Source: Planctomycetaceae bacterium (lineage in GTDB: Bacteria; Planctomycetota; Planctomycetia; Pirellulales; UBA1268). Taken from it: a stretch of DNA of 64,000 nt. Below, piece by piece: positions 16,929-25,288 of this stretch. The position numbers and the translations under genes are program-made. The stretch lies in NCBI GenBank assembly GCA_021300535.1, contig JAJTED010000007.1, positions 5,963 to 69,962 on the forward strand, read 5' to 3'. Position 1 is the stretch's first letter; every line of letters begins with the position of its first letter. Under the pieces are notes generated by a model. It was not told where the DNA came from. It saw only the letters and a program-made list of their open reading frames with translations, and ran no database searches.

Positions 16929-17450
16929 AAGAAGCCCCGGGTGGAAACCCGGGGACACCGGGCATGAACACCACCCCGCCATCCATGCTGCATAAGGGCA
17001 CGTGCTGCGCCAGTTCAAACCTGCAGCGCATGGCATACGGGACGAGATACGACCCGGAGTCCCCCGGCTTCCGCCGGGGGCTTTTTGTGGGGCTGTCACG
17101 CGACAAGAAGCCCCGGGTGGAAACCCGGGGACACCGGGCATGAAAACCACCCCGCCATCCATGCTTCATAAGGGCACGTGCTGCGCCGGTTCAAACCCGC
17201 ATCGCATGGCATACGGGACGAGATACGCCCCGGAGTCCCCCGGCTTCCGCCGGGGGCTTTTTGTGGGGCTGTCACGCGACAAGAAGCCCCGGGTGGAAAC
17301 CCGGGGACACCGGGCATGAACACCTCCCCGCCATCCATGCTGCATAAGGGCACGTTCTGCGCCGGTTCAAACCTGCATCGCATGGCATACGGGACGAGAT
17401 ACGACCCGGAGTCCCCCGGCTTCCGCCGGGGGCTTTTTGTGCCGTTCACG
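16929..17450 (+). repeat. Hairpin-capped fold-back repeat family, locus 2: three tandem 176-bp units (reference orientation)
   Basis: Units start at 16929, 17105 and 17281. Each begins AAGAAG-CCCCGGGT-ggaa-ACCCGGGG-ACACCGGGCATGAA and ends CCCGGAGT-CCCCCGGC-ttcc-GCCGGGGG-CTTTTTGTG. Units are nearly identical by eye. The array lies between rnhA and recG. Confidence 0.95.
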
Positions 17451-17524
17451 TGTGGCAAACCGCGAGCGGTGCGGTGGGCGTCACGGTTTTGGTTGCGACC
17501 TTCCAGCTCGCTTAAACTGCGGCC

Positions 17525-19666
17525 ATGACCGCACCGCCTGCCGATCGCGAGCCGAGCCTGGGCACACCGCTGGAGCGGCTCGTGGGCGTGGGGACGGCGC
17601 GGGCCGAGAGGCTCACCAGGCTCGGGCTCGTCACGGTGCGTGATGCCGTGATGCACTTTCCCCGGGAATACCGCGACTTCTCCGGGGCCCATGCGGTTGC
17701 CGACCTGCGGGCCGGGGAGCACGCGTCGGTCGCCGGCGAAGTGGTGGATGTCGGCGCGAAGACGCTGTTCTCGGGGCGGCACATGCTCTCGGTCCGCATC
17801 GCCACCGCCGCTGGGAGCGTGCGGGCCGTGTGGTTCGGGATGCCGTTCATGGCGAAGCGGTTCGCGAAGGGGATGCGGGTGGTGATCGCCGGCCAGCCGC
17901 GGCACAAGGCGGGCGTCTGGGAGTTCGCGCACCCCGACGTCCGCTGGCTCGGTGAGACCGAGGAGGCCCACGCTTCCGACTGGCTCGCCGTCTATCCTCT
18001 GGCGGAGGGCGTGCAGCAGACGCACGTGCGGATGGCGGTGCTGGCCGCCCTCGGCCACGCCGCCGGCATCGTGCCCGAGGCGTTCCCGCCGGACATGCTG
18101 GCCGCGAAGGAGCTGCTGCCGATCGAGCGGGCGCTCCGCGAGATCCACGTGCCGTCGAGCCGGGAGATGATCGACGCCGCCCGGCGGCGGTTCGTTTACC
18201 AGGAGCTGTTCATGCTCCAGCTCGCCCTGCGGATGCATCGCCGCCACCAGCAGGTGCGACGGACCGCGCCGCTGGTGCCGGTCGACGCCCGGCTCGACGC
18301 CCGCATTCGGGCCCGCTTTCCCTTCGCGTTCACGCCGGCCCAGCGGCGGGTGTGCGGCGAGATCGCGGCCGACCTGGGACGGGCGGAGCCGATGAACCGG
18401 CTGCTCCAAGGCGATGTGGGCAGTGGCAAGACGGCCGTCGCGATCTATGCCATGCTCGCCGCGGCCGCCACGCCGGTGGCCGCCGCGGGGGCCGCGGGGG
18501 CCGTGATGCTCGAGGAAGGCAGGCCGTTGCGGCACCAGGCGGCGATCATGGCGCCCACGGAGCTGCTGGCCCGGCAGCACATGGCGACGCTGGAGCGGCT
18601 GCTCGCCGGCACCGGCACCGAGGTGCAGATGCTCGTGGGTGGCCAGACGGCGCGGCAGCGGGAAGCGGTGCTCGGGCGGATCGCATCCGGCCAAGCGGCG
18701 ATCGTCGTCGGCACGCAGGCGCTGATCTGCGGAACGGCGCGATTCAAGAGCCTGGGACTCGTCGTCATCGACGAGCAGCACCGCTTCGGCGTGCTCCAGC
18801 GGGCGGTTCTCCAGCAGGGCGAAGCCGAGCCTCACACCCTGGTGATGACCGCCACGCCGATCCCGCGCACGATCGCCCACGCCGTGTACGGCGATCTCGA
18901 CGTCTCGGTGCTCGACGAGCAGCCGCCGGGTCGGCAGCCGGTCGCCACCTACCGCGTCGGCCCCGGCGACCTCGACCGGTGGTGGGACTTTTTTCGCAAG
19001 AAACTGGCCGCGGGCCGCCGCGGCTACGTGGTCGTGCCGGCGGTGGAGGAATCGAAGCGCGACCTGGCGAGCATCGCCAGCGCCTACGAGTCTCTGGCGA
19101 ACGGCCCGCTGGAGGCCTTCCGGCTCGGCCTGGTGCACGGGCGGATGAAGGCCAAGGAGAAGGCGGCCGTGATGGAGGCCTTCCGTTCCGGGGCGATCGA
19201 CGTGCTCGTGGCGACGAGCGTGATCGAGGTGGGGATCGACGTGCCGCAGGCCACGATCATGACGATCCTCGACGCCGAGTCGTTCGGCCTGGCGCAGCTG
19301 CACCAGCTCCGCGGCCGCGTGGCCCGCGGGGCGACGCAGGGCATCTGCGGGGCCGTCGTCGCCGTCCAGGACGAGCCGCATCCGCGAATCGACGCCTTCG
19401 TGGCCACGACCGACGGCTTCGCGCTGGCCGAGCGGGATCTCGCGCTCCGCGGTCCGGGCGACCTGGTAGGCACGCGGCAGAGCGGCGTGCCGCCGCTCTA
19501 TCTCGCCGACCTGCTCCGCGACGGATCGGTCGTGGCGGAGGCTCGCGGCGACGCCCTGGCTCTCTTTGATCGCGATCCGGAACTCACCGACGACTCGCTC
19601 CTGCGGCTCAAGGAGCTTATTCTCATGCGCTGGGGCGAGACGCTCGGCCTCGGCCAGATCGGCTGA
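17525..19666 (+). CDS. recG: ATP-dependent DNA helicase RecG
   Basis: 713 aa with an N-terminal wedge/OB region. Helicase motif I 'GDVGSGKT', motif II 'VIDEQHRFG', 'MTATPIPRT', 'QLHQLRGRVARG'. Confidence 0.95.
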   Translation: MTAPPADREPSLGTPLERLVGVGTARAERLTRLGLVTVRDAVMHFPREYRDFSGAHAVADLRAGEHASVAGEVVDVGAKTLFSGRHMLSVRIATAAGSVRAVWFGMPFMAKRFAKGMRVVIAGQPRHKAGVWEFAHPDVRWLGETEEAHASDWLAVYPLAEGVQQTHVRMAVLAALGHAAGIVPEAFPPDMLAAKELLPIERALREIHVPSSREMIDAARRRFVYQELFMLQLALRMHRRHQQVRRTAPLVPVDARLDARIRARFPFAFTPAQRRVCGEIAADLGRAEPMNRLLQGDVGSGKTAVAIYAMLAAAATPVAAAGAAGAVMLEEGRPLRHQAAIMAPTELLARQHMATLERLLAGTGTEVQMLVGGQTARQREAVLGRIASGQAAIVVGTQALICGTARFKSLGLVVIDEQHRFGVLQRAVLQQGEAEPHTLVMTATPIPRTIAHAVYGDLDVSVLDEQPPGRQPVATYRVGPGDLDRWWDFFRKKLAAGRRGYVVVPAVEESKRDLASIASAYESLANGPLEAFRLGLVHGRMKAKEKAAVMEAFRSGAIDVLVATSVIEVGIDVPQATIMTILDAESFGLAQLHQLRGRVARGATQGICGAVVAVQDEPHPRIDAFVATTDGFALAERDLALRGPGDLVGTRQSGVPPLYLADLLRDGSVVAEARGDALALFDRDPELTDDSLLRLKELILMRWGETLGLGQIG

Positions 19667-19685
19667 CCCATTCTGAAGGCATGCG

Positions 19686-19976
19686 ATGTTTGCGTTCGCT
19701 TATGCAATCAAGTCGTATCTGCAGCCGCTGGTGGCGTTGCAAGTGGCCCAGCAGACGCTCGCCAATGCGGGCTTTCAGATCTTCGACGTGGCCCAGCCCG
19801 GCAAGGTCACCGTCGGGGGCACCCATCCCGGCGCCGGCATCCTGGTCACGGCCGTCTCGATCGACTGCGAGGGGGGATCGGCGACCGTGATCAATGCATT
19901 TTGTCCTCATCAGGCGGCCGCCCCATCGGCCCAGCAGATGGCCGAAACGGTGTTCGCGACGATTCAGGCGTCGTGA
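19686..19976 (+). CDS. Hypothetical small protein (96 aa)
   Basis: ORF begins 20 nt after the recG stop. The translation has ordinary globular composition (MFAFAYAIKSYLQPLVALQV...), unlike the Arg/Pro-rich junk in the alternative frames. No recognisable motif. Confidence 0.45.
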   Translation: MFAFAYAIKSYLQPLVALQVAQQTLANAGFQIFDVAQPGKVTVGGTHPGAGILVTAVSIDCEGGSATVINAFCPHQAAAPSAQQMAETVFATIQAS

Positions 19977-20857
19977 TGGCCGCGGTTCCGCGGGCTCTGC
20001 CAGGCGCGACGCAGCGGTGTCACGACGGCGAGGATGAGTCCGCCCAGGGCCAGGCCCGTGACCGCCTCGGCGGTGTGGCCCAGGAGCCCGGCTGCCGGGA
20101 GGGAGTGCACCGCGGTCTCGATCGCGTGGTGCATGGCGGGCCATGAGTGAACGACGAGGCCGCCGCCGACCAGGAACATCGCCACGGTGCCAGCGATCGC
20201 GAGGCCGCGCATCAGCCACGGAGCGGCGGCCACGATCGCCCGGCCGACGAGCCGCGGGCCGGACCGGCGGGCCGCCGCCAGCCACAGTCCTAGGTCGTCG
20301 AGCTTCACGATCGCGGCGACCAGGCCATAGACGCCGCCGGTCATGCCCAGGCCGAGGGCCGCGAGGACCGCGGCCCGCACGGGGAACGGCGCCGCCGCGG
20401 CGACGCCGAGGGCGATGACGATGATCTCGGCCGAGAGAATGAAGTCGGTGCGGATCGCGCCGCTGATCCGCTCGCGCTCGGATGGCTGGTGCGGGTGCGT
20501 GCCGTGGGCGGTCTGATGGCGGCCGTGGTGCCACGCATGCCAGATCTTCTCGGCACCCTCGAAGCACAGGTACGCGCCGCCGACGAGCAAGAGCGGCTTG
20601 ATCGCCCAGGGGGCGAGGGCCGACAGGGCCAGTGCGGCCGGCACGAGGATCAGCTTGTTGAGGAACGACCCTTTGGCGACGGCCCAGACGACGGGCAACT
20701 CCCGGTCGGCTCCGATCCCGGCGACCTGTCGGGCGTTGAGGGCCAGGTCGTCGCCGACGACGCCGGCCGTTTTGTGGGCCGCCGCTTTCGTGAGCGCAGC
20801 GACGTCGTCGAGCGCACCGGCGATGTCGTCGAGCAGCAAGAGCAGGCTGGAAGCCAT
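19964..20857 (-). CDS. DUF808 family inner-membrane protein (YedI-like)
   Basis: 'SLLLLLDDIAGALDDVAALTKAAAHKTAGVVGDDLALNARQVAGIGADRELPVVWAVAKGSFLNKLILVP' closely follows the YedI/DUF808 N-terminal pattern. Start set at the Met of 'MASSLLLLLDD' (20857). Confidence 0.88.
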   Translation of the reverse strand: MASSLLLLLDDIAGALDDVAALTKAAAHKTAGVVGDDLALNARQVAGIGADRELPVVWAVAKGSFLNKLILVPAALALSALAPWAIKPLLLVGGAYLCFEGAEKIWHAWHHGRHQTAHGTHPHQPSERERISGAIRTDFILSAEIIVIALGVAAAAPFPVRAAVLAALGLGMTGGVYGLVAAIVKLDDLGLWLAAARRSGPRLVGRAIVAAAPWLMRGLAIAGTVAMFLVGGGLVVHSWPAMHHAIETAVHSLPAAGLLGHTAEAVTGLALGGLILAVVTPLRRAWQSPRNRGHHDA

Positions 20858-20874
20858 CGCCGGTCCTCGAACCT

Positions 20875-22008
20875 TCAGCAGGTCCGAATCGGCTCGGCGG
20901 CCCGCCACGCCGTGCCGTCCCGCTCGACACGATGGTAGAGCGTGTCACGCTCCACGGGCTCGCGGCCGGCCTCGCGGATCAGCCGCTTGATCTCCTCCAC
21001 GGAGAGCACCTCCGGGGTCGTGGCCCCGGCGTCGTGGTAGATGAGCTCGTGCCGCACCGTGCCGTCGATGTCGTCGGCGCCGTAGGCGAGGGCCGCCTGG
21101 GCCGTGCCGATCCCGAGCATGATCCAGTAGGCCTTCATGTGGTCGAAGTTGTCGAGCACGAGGCGACTGATCGCCATCGTCCGCAGGCTGAAGGCGGCCG
21201 AGGGCTTGGGAATGTGGGAGAGCCGGGTGTTCTCGGGGTGGAAGGCCAGCGGGATGAAGGTCTGGAAGCCGCCGGTCTCGTCCTGCAACTCGCGGAGCCG
21301 CAGCAGGTGATCGGTGCGGTGGAAGGCGTTCTCGATGTGGCCGTAGAGCATGGTGGCGTTGCTCCGCAGGCCGAGTTCGTGGGCCGTGCGGTGGATCGCG
21401 AACCACTCCTTCGTGTCGGCCTTGTGCTCGCAGATCTTGTCGCGGACCTCGGGATGGAAGATCTCGGCGCCGCCGCCAGGCAGGCTGCCGAGCCCCGCGT
21501 CCTTCATCTCCACGAGGATGTCGCGAATCGACCGCTTCGTGAGGTGGGCGAACCAGTTGATCTCGACCGGCGTCCAGGCCTTGAGGTGGAGCGTCGGGTA
21601 GGCGTCGTGGAGGAGGCGGACGACGTTCAGGTACCAGTCGTAATCCTTCTGGTGGTGCAGCCCGCCGACGATGTGCATCTCCGTCGAGCCGGCCTCCACG
21701 GCCTCCCGGCCGCGGGCCAGGATTTGCTCGTCGCTCATCACGTAGCCCCGGGCCTCGCGGAGGTCGGCGCGGAACGCGCAGAACGTGCAGCGGTAGACGC
21801 AGACGTTCGTGGGATTGAGATGGGTGTTGATGTTGTAGTAGCCGAAGTTGCCGTTCTTCCGCTCGCGGACGAGGTTCGCCAATTCGCCGAGCTCGTGGAT
21901 CGAAATCCGCTCATCCCAGAGCATCTCGGCATCGGCGGCGGACAGCCGCTCGCCCGCCTCCACCTTTTCGCGGACGGGGTCGAGCGATGGAAGAACGGCA
22001 CGGATCAT
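20875..22008 (-). CDS. mqnE: Radical-SAM menaquinone (futalosine pathway) enzyme, aminofutalosine synthase MqnE type (MqnE/MqnC family)
   Basis: 377 aa. CxxxCxxC cluster 'NVCVYRCTFCAF', 'GGLHH', 'LRELQDETGGFQTFIPLAF', and C-terminal 'DIDGTVRHELIYHDAGA'. The MqnE-versus-MqnC call comes from the C-terminal pattern and the menaquinone gene context and is not certain. Confidence 0.8.
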   Translation of the reverse strand: MIRAVLPSLDPVREKVEAGERLSAADAEMLWDERISIHELGELANLVRERKNGNFGYYNINTHLNPTNVCVYRCTFCAFRADLREARGYVMSDEQILARGREAVEAGSTEMHIVGGLHHQKDYDWYLNVVRLLHDAYPTLHLKAWTPVEINWFAHLTKRSIRDILVEMKDAGLGSLPGGGAEIFHPEVRDKICEHKADTKEWFAIHRTAHELGLRSNATMLYGHIENAFHRTDHLLRLRELQDETGGFQTFIPLAFHPENTRLSHIPKPSAAFSLRTMAISRLVLDNFDHMKAYWIMLGIGTAQAALAYGADDIDGTVRHELIYHDAGATTPEVLSVEEIKRLIREAGREPVERDTLYHRVERDGTAWRAAEPIRTC

Positions 22009-22096
22009 GGGGGAATCTCGGGAAAGGAAATGTGGCGGGGAACGTGGCTGCTACCACAAGAACCGCAGGGAACGGATTTCCGCAACCCGGCCGCCG

Positions 22097-23050
22097 TCAG
22101 GCCCATAAATCCGCGGCGATCGCCACGAGCAGCACCAGGCCGATGGCGGCGTTGGCCGTGAAAAACGCCTGGTTGACCCGCGACAGGTCGTCGGGCCGCA
22201 CCAGGGCATGCTCCCAGACGAGCAGCCCCGCGATCGCGGCCCAGGCGAGCCAATAGATCCAGCCGAGTTCAGGCACGACGGCCGGCAGGGCCGCGAGCAC
22301 GACGAGCGTGGCGGCGTGCAGCCACTTCGCCAGACCGAGGGCCCGCGGGATGCCGATCCGGGCGGGGATGCTCCGCAGTCCGTGGGCGGCGTCGAAGGCG
22401 GCGTCCTGACAGGCGTAGATGATGTCGAAGCCGGCCACCCAGAGCGTGACGGCGCCGCCGAGCAGGGCCGCCGGCAGGAGGTCGGCGGGCGTTGTGAGGA
22501 TCGTCAGACCGCGGAGCGCGATCCAGGCCGCGACCGGAGCGAACCCGAGCGCGGCCCCGAGCCACAGATGGGCCAGGGCCGTGAACCGCTTGGCGTAGCT
22601 GTAGCCGAGCAACCAGGCGAGGACCGGCACCGAGAGCACCAGCGGCATCCAGTTGGGCAGGAAGAACAGCGTCGCGCCGATGAAGGCGGCCGACGACGCG
22701 ACCACGAGCCCGAGCACCTCGGCCACGCCCACGTCCCCCCGGGGCAGGTGCCGCGCGGCCGTCCGTGGGTTGGCGGCATCGATCGTGCGGTCTACGAGCC
22801 GGTTGAAGGCCATGGCCGCCGTCCGGGCGGCGACCATGCAGAGGAGGATGCCCGCCGCCGGCCGCAGCCAGCCGCCAGGCCCGGCGGTGAGCCCCGGGTC
22901 GATCCCGCGTTGGGCGGCGAGCAGGGCGGCGGTCACGGCGAAGGGCAGGGCGAAAACGGTGTGGCTGAACCGCACCAGTTCGAGGTAGGTCCGGAGGCGG
23001 CTAAGGGCCGACGTGGGCCGCGCGGAGTCGCCCGTGGTGACGGTCGCCAT
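22097..23050 (-). CDS. UbiA-family polyprenyltransferase (MqnP-like, menaquinone/quinone prenylation)
   Basis: 317 aa polytopic membrane protein. UbiA motifs 'NRLVDRTIDAANPRTAARHLP' and 'YACQDAAFDAAHGLRS'. Sits between mqnE and ubiX. Confidence 0.88.
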   Translation of the reverse strand: MATVTTGDSARPTSALSRLRTYLELVRFSHTVFALPFAVTAALLAAQRGIDPGLTAGPGGWLRPAAGILLCMVAARTAAMAFNRLVDRTIDAANPRTAARHLPRGDVGVAEVLGLVVASSAAFIGATLFFLPNWMPLVLSVPVLAWLLGYSYAKRFTALAHLWLGAALGFAPVAAWIALRGLTILTTPADLLPAALLGGAVTLWVAGFDIIYACQDAAFDAAHGLRSIPARIGIPRALGLAKWLHAATLVVLAALPAVVPELGWIYWLAWAAIAGLLVWEHALVRPDDLSRVNQAFFTANAAIGLVLLVAIAADLWA

Positions 23051-23658
23051 CAGGTCGCCTCCCCCCAGCGGCGCATGAGCGTGTGGGCGACGCCGAGCTG
23101 GTCGCAGATCCGCGCCACGACGAAGTCCACGAGGTCGGCCACGGTCGCGGCGCCGTGATAGAAGCCGGGCGCGGCCGGGAGCACGACGGCCCCGGCCTCG
23201 TGGATGGCCTGCATGTTCTTGAGCTGCGGCAGCGAGAGCGGCGTCTCGCGGGGCACGACCACGAGCTTCCGCCGTTCCTTGAGGTGCACCTCCGCCGCAC
23301 GGTGGACGAGGTTCTCGCCCATTGCGTGGGCCACGGCGGCCAGCGTGCTGCCGCTGCAGGGACAGATGACCATCGCCGCGGTCAGGAACGAGCCGCTGGC
23401 GATCGGTGCCATCAGGTTCTTGTAGTGGTGGTAGGTGCAGCGGCCGGCGGTCGGCGGTGCCTTGCCGAGGAGGGCGGAGAGATCGAACCGGTCGAGATCG
23501 ATGCGGCGGTCGGTCTCCGTGGCGAACACGGCCTGCCCGGAGGGGCTGACCGTGAGGTGGATGTCGCAGCCCGCGGCGAGCAGCACCTCGACGAGCCGGA
23601 CGCCATACGGGGCGCCGGAGGCTCCGGTGATCGCGACGACGATGGGGAGGTCGGCCAC
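23050..23658 (-). CDS. ubiX: UbiX-family flavin prenyltransferase
   Basis: 'IVVAITGASGAPYGVRLVEVL', 'MVICPCSGSTLAAVAHAMGENLVHRAAEVHLKERRKLV', 'PAAPGFYH'. 202 aa. Confidence 0.92.
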   Translation of the reverse strand: MADLPIVVAITGASGAPYGVRLVEVLLAAGCDIHLTVSPSGQAVFATETDRRIDLDRFDLSALLGKAPPTAGRCTYHHYKNLMAPIASGSFLTAAMVICPCSGSTLAAVAHAMGENLVHRAAEVHLKERRKLVVVPRETPLSLPQLKNMQAIHEAGAVVLPAAPGFYHGAATVADLVDFVVARICDQLGVAHTLMRRWGEAT

Positions 23659-23659
23659 G

Positions 23660-24430
23660 TCAGCCCGCCTTTCCCGAGACCCGGGTCGCCAGCGTGAGCG
23701 TGGCGATGCCGAACGTGAGCGGGATCATTTCGACCGTGTCGAAGCCGGCGGCCCGGACCAGCGTGGCCAGCCGTTCGCCGCTGGGAAACTCCTCGACGCT
23801 CTTGTTGAGGTAGGTGTAGGCGTCGGAGCGATTGCGGGCCACGGCGTTTCCCAGGAAGGGAAGCACGCGGCGGAAATACCAGAGGTAGCCGCCGCGGACG
23901 AGGGCGTTTCGCGGCAGGGAGAACTCGAGGATCGCGAGCCGGCCGCCCGGCTTGAGCACGCGGCCCATTTCGGCGAGCCCCCGGGCGGTGTCGGCGATGT
24001 TCCGCAGGCCGAAGGCCACCGTCACGAGGTCGAACGTCGCGGCGGGGAAGGGGAGGGCCTGGGCGTCGGCCTCGATCCACTCCACGCTCTTGCCGGCGGC
24101 GCGGGCCTTCTCCACGCCGCGGTCGAGCATCGGCCGGCAGAAGTCGCTGGCGACGATCCGCACGCCCGGCCTGGCCGCGCGGGCGTAGGCGAGCGCCAGG
24201 TCGCCGGTGCCGGTGCAGACGTCGAGCATCGCCCCGGCCGGTGGCGGCGGAGCCCGGCGGACGGTGACGTGCCGCCACCAGACGTCGATCCCGCCCGAGA
24301 GCATGCGGTTGACGAGGTCATAACGGGGCGCGATCTCGGCGAACATGCCGCGGACCTTCGCCCCGCTCTTGTCGACCGCGTTGTGCGCGGCGGCCGGCTG
24401 GCCTATGGTGGCGGTCGATTCAGCGATCAC
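23660..24430 (-). CDS. ubiE: Demethylmenaquinone / ubiquinone-menaquinone C-methyltransferase (UbiE/MenG)
   Basis: 'VRGMFAEIAPRYDLVNRMLSGGIDVWWR', the SAM motif 'MLDVCTGTGDLA', 'FGLRNIAD' and 'VLKPGGRLAILEFS'. Confidence 0.92.
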   Translation of the reverse strand: MIAESTATIGQPAAAHNAVDKSGAKVRGMFAEIAPRYDLVNRMLSGGIDVWWRHVTVRRAPPPPAGAMLDVCTGTGDLALAYARAARPGVRIVASDFCRPMLDRGVEKARAAGKSVEWIEADAQALPFPAATFDLVTVAFGLRNIADTARGLAEMGRVLKPGGRLAILEFSLPRNALVRGGYLWYFRRVLPFLGNAVARNRSDAYTYLNKSVEEFPSGERLATLVRAAGFDTVEMIPLTFGIATLTLATRVSGKAG

Positions 24431-24453
24431 GCGGTCACTCCCGGACTTCGGCC

Positions 24454-25230
24454 ATGCGGTGGCATTGTCACGAACTCTTTCATCGTATGCCGGAGGGGGC
24501 GGTCGCGGGAGGGATCGCGGTCGTGATCGACGTCCTCCGGGCCTCGACGACGATCATCACGGCCCTCGCCAACGGAGCGGCTCGCGTGCGGCCCATGGCC
24601 GATGTCGCGGCGGCGAGGGCCTCTGCCGCGGCCCTCGGACCTGGCGCCGTCCTCGGGGGCGAGCGCGGGGGCGTGCGGATCGACGGCTTCGATCTGGGCA
24701 ACTCGCCGGCCGAGTATGCCCGCGATCGCGTCGCCGGCCGTTCGCTCGTGATCACGACCACCAATGGCACGGCCGCGCTGGCGGCCTGCCGCGCCGCGCG
24801 GGAGATCGTGGTGGGGGCGATCGTGAACCGGTCGGCCGTGGCGGCCGCCGTCCGGCAGCTCGCGGCGGCGGCGGACTGCGGCGATGCGCATCTCGTCTGC
24901 GCCGGCACCGATGGCACCGTGACGGCGGAGGACGTGCTGGCCGCCGGGGCGATCCTCGACGCGGCGCTCCGTGACGCCCCGGCCGAAGAACTCGACGCCC
25001 CGGCCCGTGCCGCGCTCGCAGCGTTTCGTGGCGTGGCCGGCGCGGTCGATCCCAGGGCCGCGCTCGCGGCCGAGTTCCGCCGGGCGCCGGGCGGGGCGAA
25101 CCTCGTCGCCCTGGGCATGGAAGCCGATCTGCCTCTCTGCGCGACGCTGGATGCGGTCGCGGTCGTCCCCCGCCTCGACGTGGCCAGCGGCTGGCTGACT
25201 GAAATGGTGCCGAACGCCGAATCTCGGTAA
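24454..25230 (+). CDS. 2-phosphosulfolactate phosphatase (ComB) family protein
   Basis: 'IAVVIDVLRASTTIITAL', 'GFDLGNSP', 'LVITTTNGTAAL' and 'VCAGTDGTVTAEDVLAAGAI' match the ComB-family pattern. The true start may be the Met at 24487. Confidence 0.8.
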   Translation: MRWHCHELFHRMPEGAVAGGIAVVIDVLRASTTIITALANGAARVRPMADVAAARASAAALGPGAVLGGERGGVRIDGFDLGNSPAEYARDRVAGRSLVITTTNGTAALAACRAAREIVVGAIVNRSAVAAAVRQLAAAADCGDAHLVCAGTDGTVTAEDVLAAGAILDAALRDAPAEELDAPARAALAAFRGVAGAVDPRAALAAEFRRAPGGANLVALGMEADLPLCATLDAVAVVPRLDVASGWLTEMVPNAESR

Positions 25231-25288
25231 GGTACCGGCCGCCCCGGATTCGCCAGATACGGTGGCGGGCACCTTTTCGAGAGTCATC

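Noticed and set aside
16731-17162. Recurrent mini-peptide 'MDGG(V/L/T/M)VF.PGVPGFPPGA' encoded in every repeat copy (also ORFs 822-1586, 16858-17169, 27832-28131, 28723-29148, 43741-44418)
   Set aside because: The conserved residues are simply the translation of the hairpin CCCCGGGT-ttcc-ACCCGGGG and its flank. Differences between copies are compensatory in the stem rather than synonymous in the codons. The ORFs have no consistent start, stop or RBS and overlap each other in several frames.
16929-17450. Possible CRISPR array (regular direct repeats with palindromic cores)
   Set aside because: The period is 176 bp with essentially identical units and no unique spacers. The repeats are far longer than CRISPR repeats, no cas genes are nearby, and the same unit occurs singly and in both orientations elsewhere.
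17096-19381. 761-aa minus-strand ORF overlapping recG
   Set aside because: Arg/Pro/Gly/His-rich low-complexity translation with no motifs, lying exactly antisense to a well-supported recG. It is a high-GC artefact. The same reasoning applies to 1143-2315(-), 8193-10142(+), 8800-10284(-), 24752-26734(-), 29382-32048(-), 31726-32985(-), 37593-39770(+), 56814-58187(+) and 58184-59719(+).
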